Positions 9,576-19,105 of a DNA stretch of 64,000 bases are shown piece by piece. This stretch comes from Dehalococcoidia bacterium. Lineage in GTDB: Bacteria; Chloroflexota; Dehalococcoidia; Plut-88900. Position numbers and translations under genes: made by a program. The DNA lies in contig CBDFLQ010000006.1 in the NCBI GenBank assembly GCA_965249275.1, positions 416,001 through 480,000 on the forward strand, read 5' to 3'. Under the pieces are notes generated by a model that saw only the letters and a program-made list of their open reading frames with translations, did not search any database and had not been told where the DNA came from. How positions within the stretch are numbered: position 1 is the first letter of the stretch; each line of letters opens with the position of its first letter.

Positions 9576-10052
9576 GTGTGCGCCATTGTTGACGCCAACG
9601 TTGCCCATGAAGTCTTCGGCGTCAACCAGACTCCCGCAGGCAAGAGACTCTACGACTGGATTAACGAAGGACAGGGTCGTCTGGTCATTGGAGGCAGACT
9701 GACAGAGGAATTGAACAGAGCCTCCGCAAAATTCCCCCAATGGGCGAAGCGTGCTCTTTTGTTCGGTAGAATCCGAAGTGTCAATGATGACGAGATCAGA
9801 GCAAAGACAAAGTCTATTGTCGCCGGAGGCAAATGTGTATCTAACGACATGCACATCGTCTCCCTCGCCCAAGTCAGTGGCGCGCGACTCTTATTCTCCA
9901 ATGATGGAGACCTACACACAGACTTCAGGAACAAAACTCTGATCAATAATCCGCGGGGCCAGATATTTTCAACACGTATGAGCGGAGACCTTACATCCTC
10001 TCACAAGAGACTGTTGGCTAGAAAAGACTTATGTCGCGCTCACTCATCCTAG
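9576..10052 (+). CDS. PIN-domain protein
   Basis: AIVDANV N-terminus, ELNR, SNDMHIVSLA and LLFSNDGDL acidic PIN-type motifs; starts 2 nt after the ATPase stop. Confidence 0.75.
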   Translation: MCAIVDANVAHEVFGVNQTPAGKRLYDWINEGQGRLVIGGRLTEELNRASAKFPQWAKRALLFGRIRSVNDDEIRAKTKSIVAGGKCVSNDMHIVSLAQVSGARLLFSNDGDLHTDFRNKTLINNPRGQIFSTRMSGDLTSSHKRLLARKDLCRAHSS

Positions 10053-10771
10053 CCGACATACACGCCAACCTGGAGGCATTCCAGGCCGTCTTAACCGACG
10101 CCAAGTCCCGAGGCCCCATCGACCAACTCTGGTGCCTCGGCGACATCGTCGGCTATGGCCCCAATCCCGGTGAGGTCATAGACCTCCTCCGGGAGCACGA
10201 TCACCTCTCCATTGCCGGCAACCATGATTGGGCTGCCATCGGTAAGATCGACACCTCGGAATTCAACCCCTATGCCCGCTCCGCAGCCTTGTGGACACAG
10301 ACCCAGTTGACCCAGGAGCACATGGATTATCTCGGCCGGTTGCCCCTGACCCTCGTAACGGGAATTTTCACCCTCGCCCACGGCACCCCCCGAGACCCGA
10401 TATGGGAGTACCTTGTCACCGAGACCGCCGCCCTCGCCAGCCTCGAACACCTGCAGACCGGCCATTGCCTCGTCGGCCACTCCCATATCCCATTCTTCTG
10501 CCGAGTCGACCCGTCCGCCATGCGCAGCGAGTTCCAGGAATTTCCCGTCGGTGTTCCAGTCGAGCTGGGTGAAGGGCCCCTCTTCATCAATCCCGGCGGT
10601 GTAGGCCAGCCCCGAGACCGGGATCCCACCTCCAACTACGCCATCTACGACAGCACCAAGGGTGCCATCTGCCACTATCGCGTCCCCTACGATATCCCGG
10701 CCACCCAAGAAAAGATGCGCAAAGCCCACCTCCCCGAGCCCCTCATCACCCGCCTCAGCCGCGGGCTCTAA
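10031..10771 (+). CDS. Calcineurin-like metallophosphoesterase
   Basis: DIHAN, GDIVGYG, GNHD, HG, GHSH and NPGGVGQPRD motifs. Confidence 0.92.
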   Translation: MSRSLILADIHANLEAFQAVLTDAKSRGPIDQLWCLGDIVGYGPNPGEVIDLLREHDHLSIAGNHDWAAIGKIDTSEFNPYARSAALWTQTQLTQEHMDYLGRLPLTLVTGIFTLAHGTPRDPIWEYLVTETAALASLEHLQTGHCLVGHSHIPFFCRVDPSAMRSEFQEFPVGVPVELGEGPLFINPGGVGQPRDRDPTSNYAIYDSTKGAICHYRVPYDIPATQEKMRKAHLPEPLITRLSRGL

Positions 10772-10876
10772 TCGTCTGCTACACTCGCTCGCTGTGACAC
10801 CAGCCCGTTGAACCCCCTCCCCCCTGTTGCTATAATCGGCCAATCTTCGAAAGACCCCGTTGGGGAGGTGGTTCGA

Positions 10877-11905
10877 ATGGCTTCACTAAAGATCGCCCAC
10901 GGTTATCCCATTCCACAGACTTATATCGATAGGCTCACGTCCCTTTCAGGTGTCGAACTTTCGTACATCGGTGACCTGCTTAAACAGGAGAAAGACACCG
11001 CATCCAAGCACGGCCCCGACTCCCCGGAAGCCGGGGCTGCCCGCCAGAAGGTGGACGAGATAATAAAAGACGTCGAGATCTACTACTCCGCCTCCCTGCC
11101 CGGCGGCTTGCCCGAGCGTGCTCCCAACCTGAAGTGGCTCCAGTACGTCTGGGACGGCATAGACCTCGATGTCGGAAAAGACCTCCTGGAATCATCCGTC
11201 GTCATTACCAACGCCCGGCAAATGGCTGCTCTGAACATCGCCGAGTGGGCGCTCATGTGCATATTGATGTTCAAAAAGAAACAACACCAACTCATCGCCG
11301 AAAGACGTAACAAGGTATGGAGCAACGAATTCTACGACCAGATCGAGCTCCGGGGCCAGACTATCGGAGTCGTCGGGCTGGGTGCCATCGGCGGGGACTT
11401 GGCCCGCCTCAGTAAAGCCTTCGGCATGACCGTGCTCGCGACCCGCCGGACCGTGTCCAGCCGTCAGTTCAACATCGGTGATGTCGACGAAGTCATGCCA
11501 GCCTCCGACTTGGACGACCTGTTGCGAAGAAGCGACTTCACGGCCCTCTGTGTCCCCGGCACGCCGGACACACAGCAGCTCATCGGCGAGCGGGAGTTGG
11601 ACCTGATAGGACCCTCTTCCTTTCTGATTAATGTCGCCCGTGGTAGTGTGGTCGACGAGGGAGCCCTAATCCGAGCCCTCAAGGGGGGCCGCATAGCCGG
11701 CGCGGGCCTAGATGTCTTTGCTACGGAACCCCTGCCCCAGGACAGCGAGCTCTGGGAGCTGGACAATGTGATATTAGGCACTCACAAGACCGGCGACGTT
11801 ATGGGCTACGATGATCGCGTCGCCGACCTGTTCACCAGAAACGTCGAGCGGTATATTAAAGGCGAAGAATTGATCAACCTGGTCGATAAGAAGGCGGGCT
11901 ACTAG
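10877..11905 (+). CDS. D-2-hydroxyacid dehydrogenase family protein
   Basis: GLGAIG Rossmann motif, INVARG, GAGLDVF..EPL; GGAGG RBS before ATG 10877. Confidence 0.9.
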   Translation: MASLKIAHGYPIPQTYIDRLTSLSGVELSYIGDLLKQEKDTASKHGPDSPEAGAARQKVDEIIKDVEIYYSASLPGGLPERAPNLKWLQYVWDGIDLDVGKDLLESSVVITNARQMAALNIAEWALMCILMFKKKQHQLIAERRNKVWSNEFYDQIELRGQTIGVVGLGAIGGDLARLSKAFGMTVLATRRTVSSRQFNIGDVDEVMPASDLDDLLRRSDFTALCVPGTPDTQQLIGERELDLIGPSSFLINVARGSVVDEGALIRALKGGRIAGAGLDVFATEPLPQDSELWELDNVILGTHKTGDVMGYDDRVADLFTRNVERYIKGEELINLVDKKAGY

Positions 11906-11931
11906 CGCCCGCATCCCGTGAGGAGAAAATC

Positions 11932-12117
11932 ATGCCGAGAGTAACCATAGAAATGTACCCTGGCAGGACCAAGGCCCAGAAGGCCGAGTTGGCCCGCGTC
12001 ATCACCGAGGCCATGGTCACCATCGCCAACACCCAGGCCCAGGCCGTGGACATCGTATTCAACGAAGTGTCCCAGGAAAGCTGGTCCTTCGGTGGAGTCC
12101 TCGCCTCCGACAGATAA
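11932..12117 (+). CDS. 4-oxalocrotonate tautomerase family protein
   Basis: 61 aa, N-terminal Pro, GRTKAQK, WSFGG; AGGAG RBS. Confidence 0.92.
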   Translation: MPRVTIEMYPGRTKAQKAELARVITEAMVTIANTQAQAVDIVFNEVSQESWSFGGVLASDR

Positions 12118-12134
12118 CTCCTCCCATCCCTCCC

Positions 12135-12292
12135 CCGTTCGCCCTGAGCCCACTGCAAATGGAACACCCGCCTTTGAAGGGTCCACTTATAGAGGATCGA
12201 AGGGCCTCAGGATCGGGCATCTTGTCCCCCTCTCCCTTGATGGGTCAAAAATGCGCCGAGGCGTGTGAGGGCTAGGGTGAGGGTGAGGGTGA
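12135..12292 (+). repeat. Type-B repeat with a nested double 22-nt insertion, and type-D repeat with a 21-nt insertion
   Basis: CGTTCGCCCTGAGCCCA[12153-12196]TCGAAGGG; CCCTCTCCCTTGATGGG[12245-12265]TGAGGGCTAGGGTGAGGGTGA. Confidence 0.8.
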
Positions 12293-12319
12293 TTCCTCAC
12301 TCCCCTCGCAGCGCACCGA

Positions 12320-12396
<77 letters not shown>

Positions 12397-12424
12397 CACC
12401 GCACTGAACTCATAGTTCCTCCGT

Positions 12425-12720
12425 TTAGGATGACCTATGCGGCGCTCACTCCCCTTATGGCACTGTCATCCGGCCTAGGTGGCGATGATCACGGTCCACC
12501 AATGGTTCCAGCGACCGATGAGAGCGCCGGCAAGGAGCGAAGCATCTTCGAGCGGCAGCACAGCTGTGAAGAGCAGGATTGTGTAGGCAGCAATGTCCTC
12601 GGTTTGGTCAAGCACGCAAAGACCCAGACCGAAGCGAGTCATCCCGGGCCCGACAGTTGAGGCAAACTGGCCACCCCGCGAGAGCGTAGAACACCCGCTC
12701 GGCAGCGAAGAGCCGCAAAA
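12425..12720 (+). ncRNA. Candidate structured RNA or leader of unknown class
   Basis: Several stems: GGATGAC/GTCATCC, CGGCGCTC/GAGCGCCG, CGAAG/CTTCG, TCGGTTTGG/CCAGACCGA. No credible ORF. Confidence 0.35.
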
Positions 12721-12765
12721 ATTGAATCGACTTCATCGGTAGATTCCTAGCAGAGTTGGCACGAC

Positions 12766-13887
12766 TTGGATAAACTTGGTCGGACAACTGCGCGTAGACA
12801 AAGCAAAGGAGACTTGACTAACTTGGACATCATCATACGGACCAAAGCCTGGTCCGCATCCATATTCTTGATATTGGCATTGGCCTTAGTGATGGCCGCG
12901 TGCTCAGACTCGGACTCAGGTGAGGATGGTACTGTTCGACCCACGGCGGCAGTGACCTCTACACAGAGTTCCCTGCCACCGACAAGCACACCTGCCCCAA
13001 CCCCTATAGCTACTCTCGAACCGACGTCTGCTCCAGAGCCCACCCTGGAGACTTATCCACTAGAAATTGTGGATTTGCTCGGCAGGACTGTCGAGATTCC
13101 GTCCAAGCCGATGCGGATCGTGAGCATCAGTCCAACGGCCACGGAGATCCTATACATGGCTGGAGGCACGGCAGTCGCTCGTGACACAAGCTCCACCTTT
13201 CCTGCTGAAATTGTCGACCTTCCGGAACTGGGTGGAGCCTACTCGCCTAGCTTCGAAGCAATTGCCGCCCAGAGGGCCGACTTGATCTTGATCGAAGCTC
13301 TGAGCCAGGCGCGCTTCCTGGAGCCATTGTCGCAACTGGGTCCGCCAGTGGTGGCTGTTCGTGCGGCTTCGCTCGACGACATAACCACGGGCATCAAGCT
13401 CATCGGGCAGATCATCGAAAGCGATGAGATAGCCGAACGGGCAGCAGAGGATCTTTCGGCACGAGTATCGTCAGCCATTGAAGGCCTCAGTGATGGTCAA
13501 AGCGCCGTAATCCTGATCTCAGACGCCGACAGAAACCTTTACGTCGCAAAGCCACAGTCGTATCCCGGCGCCATAGCTTCCTTGTTGAAGCTGTCTAACC
13601 CGGCTGCCGATTTGCCCGACAGCGGGACCTTCCCAGGTTTCGCCCAGATCTCGGCAGAGCAATTGCTCACCATGGACCCGGACTACGTGTTTACAATTAC
13701 ACCGGCGCCGGAACCCGCTCCGCGTCTTTCTGCAACGTTGCCCCGCATTCCCGGCTTCTCCAATCTGCGGGCAATCACAAGCGGCCGGATGCATGAAATC
13801 GACCACATAATCTTCCTGCGCAATCAGGGGCCGCGCATTGCCGAGGCAGTGGAAGCCATGGCCGAAATTGTAGGAAGCGCCCCATAG
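12766..13887 (+). CDS. ABC transporter substrate-binding lipoprotein (BtuF/FepB class)
   Basis: Lipobox MAAC, Pro/Thr linker, YPLEIVDLLGRTVEI..KPMRIVSISP, GPRIAEAVE. True start may be TTG 12823 behind AAGGAG. Confidence 0.87.
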   Translation: MDKLGRTTARRQSKGDLTNLDIIIRTKAWSASIFLILALALVMAACSDSDSGEDGTVRPTAAVTSTQSSLPPTSTPAPTPIATLEPTSAPEPTLETYPLEIVDLLGRTVEIPSKPMRIVSISPTATEILYMAGGTAVARDTSSTFPAEIVDLPELGGAYSPSFEAIAAQRADLILIEALSQARFLEPLSQLGPPVVAVRAASLDDITTGIKLIGQIIESDEIAERAAEDLSARVSSAIEGLSDGQSAVILISDADRNLYVAKPQSYPGAIASLLKLSNPAADLPDSGTFPGFAQISAEQLLTMDPDYVFTITPAPEPAPRLSATLPRIPGFSNLRAITSGRMHEIDHIIFLRNQGPRIAEAVEAMAEIVGSAP

Positions 13888-14865
13888 TTGCGCCGCCCGG
13901 CCCTTGTCCTTACGGGTCTCGGTGTCGCCTTACTCGCGGGCTGCATTGTAGGGGTTGCTTTCGGCACTGCGAACCTGGAAGCCTCTACACTCCTTAAAGC
14001 CCTCTTCACCGACAGCGGAGACCCCACCGCCGAGGTGATAGTGCGCTCTCTACGCATACCGAGGGTCGTGGCGGCTCTTGTAGTAGGTGCGTGTCTTGGG
14101 GCCGCAGGATCGCTGATTCAAAGCGCCACTCGTAATCCCTTGGGAGACCCCCAGCTATTCGGACTGGGCGGAGGGGCAGCTATAGTCCAAGCTCTAACTT
14201 TAGTTGGTGTCCTTGGAACGGGGGCTTGGGGACTAACCTCTCTATCGGTAGTGGCCGCCCTGATCGGGGCCCTTCTCATATTCGTGTTGTCTTCAAGGGA
14301 GAGCGTTACTGCGGCTCGTCTCGCCCTAATCGGTGTGTCAATAGGGGCTTTGACTCTGGCAGTTGCCGCCGCCATCTTGACTCACGCACGGATCTTCAGC
14401 CTGCAAGCCTTGGCTCTGTTCAGCGGCAGCCTGGCAAACCGAAGCTGGGATGACGTCATACCGGCCTTCCCTTTCCTTGCTCTCGGAATCGTACTCGCGG
14501 TCCTGGCGGCAGGTCGGCTAAACTTCTTGGTGCTAGGCGACCGGCTTGCCGGGCAATTGGGGGCCAGTCCCAGGAGGACTCGGTTAGTGGCTATGGCCTC
14601 CGCCGGGGTACTGGCTGGCACCGCTGTAACCTTGGCCGGTGTGGTCGGTTTCGTGGGCCTGCTCACCCCGCATGTAGTAAGACTGATGGTGGGCAACGAC
14701 CCTCGAACCGTTATGGCTGTTTCTGTCCCAACCGGGGCTCTGGTAGTTCTTTATGCAGACCAGATTTCGAGGCTGGCCTTCATGCCTTCCGAAATACCGG
14801 TTGGGCTGATAACCACAGTATTGGGTGCGCCACTTATGGTATGGGTGGCAAGAAGGCTGCAGTGA
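13888..14865 (+). CDS. FecCD/BtuC-family ABC permease
   Basis: RIPRVV, TRNPLGDP, GVVGFVGL and EIPVG motifs; hydrophobic. Confidence 0.92.
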   Translation: MRRPALVLTGLGVALLAGCIVGVAFGTANLEASTLLKALFTDSGDPTAEVIVRSLRIPRVVAALVVGACLGAAGSLIQSATRNPLGDPQLFGLGGGAAIVQALTLVGVLGTGAWGLTSLSVVAALIGALLIFVLSSRESVTAARLALIGVSIGALTLAVAAAILTHARIFSLQALALFSGSLANRSWDDVIPAFPFLALGIVLAVLAAGRLNFLVLGDRLAGQLGASPRRTRLVAMASAGVLAGTAVTLAGVVGFVGLLTPHVVRLMVGNDPRTVMAVSVPTGALVVLYADQISRLAFMPSEIPVGLITTVLGAPLMVWVARRLQ

Positions 14866-14886
14866 CACTACAACAGGTCTTATAGG

Positions 14887-15591
14887 ATGAAGATCAGCAT
14901 AGAATTGGACGGTGTGTCCTTCTCCTACGGAGAGAAGACCGTCTTAAGGGAAGTCTCAGTCTCCGTTGCCATGGGCGAATTCGTTTGTCTATTGGGGCCT
15001 AATGGTGCTGGTAAGACGACTCTGGCACAGCTGATCGCAGGTGAACTGTCTCCTACAGAAGGCCGAGTCTTCCTGGACGCGGGAGACGCTTCCGGCGAAC
15101 TAGCCGGCGTAGGACGGCACATCGCATATCTGCCTCAGGACCTTCAAGATCCTCCCTTTGTGACCGTGCGGGAAATGGTCTCTTTAGGACGTTTCAACCC
15201 AAAACGCAGCCTTGGATGGAAGGTTAGCGAAAAAGACAAAGAAGTCGTCCAAGAGTGCATCGACACCTGTCTTGCGGAGTCCTTTGCCGACCGCCCCTTT
15301 GCCCACCTCTCAGGAGGCGAAAAGCAACGGGTATGGCTCGCTTTTTGCCTAGCCCAGCAACGAGAGTTCATTCTGCTGGACGAATCACTGCACAAGATAG
15401 ATTACCCAACGAGAGACCTTTTTTTCAGAATGCTTGCCAATCTGGCCGAGGACGGCAAAGGCGTTGTTCTCATAACTCATGACTTGCAGATGGCGGAGCG
15501 ACATAGCCGGAGGATGCTACTCCTGGGGGACGGTGAACTAGTGTACGACGGGCCGCCGGACCAGGTGATCTACTCACTTATGGAGCGGTAG
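14887..15591 (+). CDS. ABC transporter ATP-binding protein (FepC/BtuD class)
   Basis: GPNGAGKT, LSGGEKQRV, LLDE and THD motifs. Confidence 0.92.
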   Translation: MKISIELDGVSFSYGEKTVLREVSVSVAMGEFVCLLGPNGAGKTTLAQLIAGELSPTEGRVFLDAGDASGELAGVGRHIAYLPQDLQDPPFVTVREMVSLGRFNPKRSLGWKVSEKDKEVVQECIDTCLAESFADRPFAHLSGGEKQRVWLAFCLAQQREFILLDESLHKIDYPTRDLFFRMLANLAEDGKGVVLITHDLQMAERHSRRMLLLGDGELVYDGPPDQVIYSLMER

Positions 15592-15742
15592 CTGACTCTG
15601 CACGGCATGATGCGCCATGCCGAGGCAGGACAGCCCGGCATCTTCACGCCAACGTACTTTGCTCACGCCCGCAAATCGGCAAAGCCCATGTGATAGCATT
15701 AGGCCCATCGAGAGCAAAGATACCTCATCTGGAGGCAACGTT

Positions 15743-16789
15743 ATGGTCAAGGTGAATTTTGGCGTCGGTATGGGCCGCAACGAGAGGATCGACGAAATAG
15801 CCGACCTTGCGCGCACCGCTGACGAGATGGGCTTTTCCCACATGACACTGGTAGACGAGCCTTACCTGTCCCGGGAAGTGCACATTATGTCGGCCATCGC
15901 CGCCGTGAACACTCGCCGGATCCGCATCGGCCAGGCTGTGGTGGACCCGCACACCTACCATCCCTCGACCATCGCCAACGCCGCCGCAACCCTCAACGAG
16001 CTGACAGGCGGTCGGGCCTTCCTCGGAATGGGCGCAGGCGGGCCTTTCGGCAAGATCATGAAGCCCATCCCTCATAAGGAGCTTAGAGAAGCGACGATGT
16101 TCGTCAAGAAGTTCCTAGCCGGCGAGGAGGCCGAGTACCAGGGGCAGAGGATGATTTCGGAGTGGATACGAGGCCCGGTGCCCCTCTACCTGGCCGCCGA
16201 CGGCCCGCGGTCACTTCAACTCGCGGGCGAAGTCGCCGACGGCGTCTACTTCATGGGCGGGCCTCCGGCCATGGTCAAATGGAAGGTGGACAACATCTAC
16301 CGCGGCGCCGAAAAGGCCGGCCGAGACCCCTCCAAGATAGATATCTGCGTCCGCTCCTATATCTACGTCACGGATGACAAGGCAAGCGCTATGAGGGAGC
16401 TTTCGGGATTCGTGCCCTTCGGCATGCACGTTCTGGAGCGGAACAAGAAGGAACCGGCGATAATCAAGCTCTTCGAAGACCTGGACCGCGAGAGCCCGGG
16501 AATAGTCGATGAGATGAAGCGGTACTCCGCCGCCCGCGCTGAATTCACCCGGCCCGATGGATACGATCCCTGGTTCGAGAAGATGGATGCCCCTTACTCC
16601 CAGTACATGACCCAGCGCATGATCGATTGTATTCACCTGGTCGGTTCCGTTGAAGAGATCTGCGAAGGGATCGAAAAGCTGATCGACGCCGGAGTCACCA
16701 CTGTCTCCACAGCCACCTACACCATCATCGACAAGAAGTGGATGCTGGAGGAGGTCGGCAGAAAGATAATGCCCAACTTCCGCAGCTAG
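15743..16789 (+). CDS. Luciferase-like (LLM) flavin-dependent oxidoreductase
   Basis: ADEMGF, NTRRIRIG, TGGRAFLGMGAG, PLYLAADGP and AGEVADG motifs; GGAGG RBS before ATG 15743. Confidence 0.9.
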   Translation: MVKVNFGVGMGRNERIDEIADLARTADEMGFSHMTLVDEPYLSREVHIMSAIAAVNTRRIRIGQAVVDPHTYHPSTIANAAATLNELTGGRAFLGMGAGGPFGKIMKPIPHKELREATMFVKKFLAGEEAEYQGQRMISEWIRGPVPLYLAADGPRSLQLAGEVADGVYFMGGPPAMVKWKVDNIYRGAEKAGRDPSKIDICVRSYIYVTDDKASAMRELSGFVPFGMHVLERNKKEPAIIKLFEDLDRESPGIVDEMKRYSAARAEFTRPDGYDPWFEKMDAPYSQYMTQRMIDCIHLVGSVEEICEGIEKLIDAGVTTVSTATYTIIDKKWMLEEVGRKIMPNFRS

Positions 16790-16807
16790 CAACAGGAGAA
16801 TCAAAAT

Positions 16808-17611
16808 ATGATTATGCCGAATACCCTTCGTGAAAAACTGGACGCCGGGCAGCCGACCATCGGTACACACTACCTGTCCCCGGACCCGGATATCCCCGAG
16901 ATAATTGGCGACACCGGCCTATTCGACTACGCAGAATACGGTGCCGAATACTCTAATTTCGATATGCGATTGCTCTATCACATGGCTCGGGCAGGCCAGG
17001 CAGGAAACCTGCCTCTGATGATAAAACTGGACCAGGAGGGCCAGGGATTCTGGGCGCAGGCCGCATGGGGTGCAGGATTCAAGGCTATCCTCTTCACTGA
17101 CATCAGGACACCGGAAGACGTCGAGACGGCACATCGCCTGATCAGACCTGACACCCCCGACACCGGAGGCCTCATGGGCGTCAAAATCCGCCGCCCCGCG
17201 CTGTCCGGATTCAAGCCTGATCAGTACATGCAGGACCTCGAATCAGTAGTGATCGTCATCATGATCGAAAAGAACGTCGCCGTCGAAAACATTGATGCGA
17301 TACTAGACAAGGCCAGAGAAAAGGGTATCGACATGACACAGTGGGGCCCCGCCGATTTCGGATTCTCTCGCCGCCAACCCGGACTCATGTATACCGACGA
17401 AATACGGCCGTTTGAAGAGTTCGTGATCAAGAAGTCCATCGAACATGGCGTACCCCCGCGCATCGAGATCGCAGAACCCGACCAGGCTAAGAGGTACATA
17501 GACCTCGGAGTTCGCCACTTCTGCATCGGCTGGGACCGATTCATATACCAGGCCGGCCTGGACCGGATCGGAGAAGGCATCCGAAAAGTCATGCAAGAGT
17601 CGAAACTTTAA
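16808..17611 (+). CDS. HpcH/HpaI aldolase family protein
   Basis: NTLREKL..GQPTIG, IMIE..AVENIDAI and WGPADF motifs. Confidence 0.85.
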   Translation: MIMPNTLREKLDAGQPTIGTHYLSPDPDIPEIIGDTGLFDYAEYGAEYSNFDMRLLYHMARAGQAGNLPLMIKLDQEGQGFWAQAAWGAGFKAILFTDIRTPEDVETAHRLIRPDTPDTGGLMGVKIRRPALSGFKPDQYMQDLESVVIVIMIEKNVAVENIDAILDKAREKGIDMTQWGPADFGFSRRQPGLMYTDEIRPFEEFVIKKSIEHGVPPRIEIAEPDQAKRYIDLGVRHFCIGWDRFIYQAGLDRIGEGIRKVMQESKL

Positions 17612-17743
17612 TTTCGCTCTACCGCGCAGCAACCTGTCGGTCGAAATGGATGGCTCCAACCGTACCAGATCGCTGGCGTCGAAGGCCTAACCTAGTCCCC
17701 ACCCCCCAACGAAACATTCGCTTATACCAGGGTAGTCCCGGCC

Positions 17744-18241
17744 CTAGTACAAAGGCCCCGTCCAAATATAGTCGTTGACCTTCACCTGCCCGTGGCACGC
17801 TTGGCACCCCTCCACCCGACCCTCTTCCTCCACCGTCCCATCCGCCACCACCTTTAGCCAGAACCAGTCGTTGTGCTCGGGGTTGTACCCTGACTTCTTA
17901 TACATCACCGTGTTTGCCTGAAACTCGCCTTCGGCAGTGTAGTTCTCCTTAACAATAATGGCTCCGTCGGGCATACTCCCTTCCTTGCTCAAAAATCCGT
18001 CGAGGGCGGCAGCATTGAGGTAAGTGGTCAATAGCATCCCATGGGGCTCTTTGGCCGAGTACTTCTCCCCGAGATCCGGCCACAACTCCCAATTCTCCTG
18101 GTATTCCACTTCCTCCAGATACTCGTTTACCGAATCGGCAGAGGCATCGGGCAGTTCCGGCTCAGAAGCGGTGCCACACGCTGCCACAGCTGCCAATCCT
18201 GCCAGCAGGAAGATTAAGCCTCCAATGTATTGCTTCGTCAT
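17744..18241 (-). CDS. Cytochrome P460-family lipoprotein
   Basis: Lipobox VAACG, TYLN, PDGAIIVKENY, VMYK, DWFW and a C-terminal CQACH. Confidence 0.82.
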   Translation of the reverse strand: MTKQYIGGLIFLLAGLAAVAACGTASEPELPDASADSVNEYLEEVEYQENWELWPDLGEKYSAKEPHGMLLTTYLNAAALDGFLSKEGSMPDGAIIVKENYTAEGEFQANTVMYKKSGYNPEHNDWFWLKVVADGTVEEEGRVEGCQACHGQVKVNDYIWTGPLY

Positions 18242-18450
18242 AAATGGGCCTTTGATCAGGATCAAGGAAAACAGCTACCCTTTCCGATCGAAGTTTAGCA
18301 TCCCTCTCCTGACACTCCTCAGTTTCTATAGGGATTGACGCGTGATAAGCTTAAGTTGTACCGCATAAGAAGGACTCTCGGGAAAACAGATCTGCTGGTG
18401 CATGCGCTGCTCAGCTCCCCCATGGCGATCGATGCAAACCTAACCCTGAT

Positions 18451-18921
18451 ATGTCTAACAAACGCACACGAATAAGTGGGCTCACAGCATGCGGCATCGT
18501 AGTGGCACTCATATTGATCGCCGTCATTGGCTGTGGCAACGGGATAGAGCCCCCCGACTACACCCCCACCACCCTCCCCACCCCATCCCCCGCCGCTCCG
18601 GGACTCGATCTCTCCGACGCAGCCCTCGCTGGCAAGCAGGTATTCAATGCCAACTGCTCCGCCTGCCACGGCTCTGACGTCATGGGCTCAGCCGCCGGCC
18701 CGCCTCTCATCGACAGGATTTACGAACCGGGCCACCACGCCGACTTCAGCATTCGAAGTGCTGTTCGCAATGGCGTGCCGCAGCACCACTGGTGGTTCGG
18801 TGATATGCCTCCCGTCGCCAGCGTAACAGACCAGCAAGTTGAACAGCTCATCTGCTACATCCGAGAACTCCAGCTCGCCAACGGTATCTTCGAAGGCGGC
18901 GCCTATTCGTTTAGCTGTTAA
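18451..18921 (+). CDS. Monoheme cytochrome c (lipoprotein)
   Basis: IGCG lipobox, CSACHG, GPPL, and distal Met in GDMPP. Confidence 0.88.
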   Translation: MSNKRTRISGLTACGIVVALILIAVIGCGNGIEPPDYTPTTLPTPSPAAPGLDLSDAALAGKQVFNANCSACHGSDVMGSAAGPPLIDRIYEPGHHADFSIRSAVRNGVPQHHWWFGDMPPVASVTDQQVEQLICYIRELQLANGIFEGGAYSFSC

Positions 18922-19105
18922 CCTCCCATCCAAGGGTGATGTAGCGCCAACCCTTCAGCTTCTCGTAAGCGCCTTAGTCTCTTAACCCTCCCGCCGCGAT
19001 TCCACTGCCTCTGTCTTGAAGCATCTCGACATCCGCTTCCCTAGCCCTTAATCTTCGTATCCTGCTCCAAGACCAATTGCTTAACGCATACAGGGAGATT
19101 TACAC

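Noticed and set aside
10091-10843. Long antisense ORFs (also 16211..16870, 37338..38078, 60707..61357 and others)
   Set aside because: Shadow frames opposite well-supported genes, expected at high GC content.
12425-12760. Cobalamin or c-di-GMP riboswitch upstream of the Btu-like transporter
   Set aside because: No GGGAA/GCCACTG/B12 box; GCAAAG and GGCAAAC occur in the wrong order for c-di-GMP-I. Kept only as an unclassified candidate.
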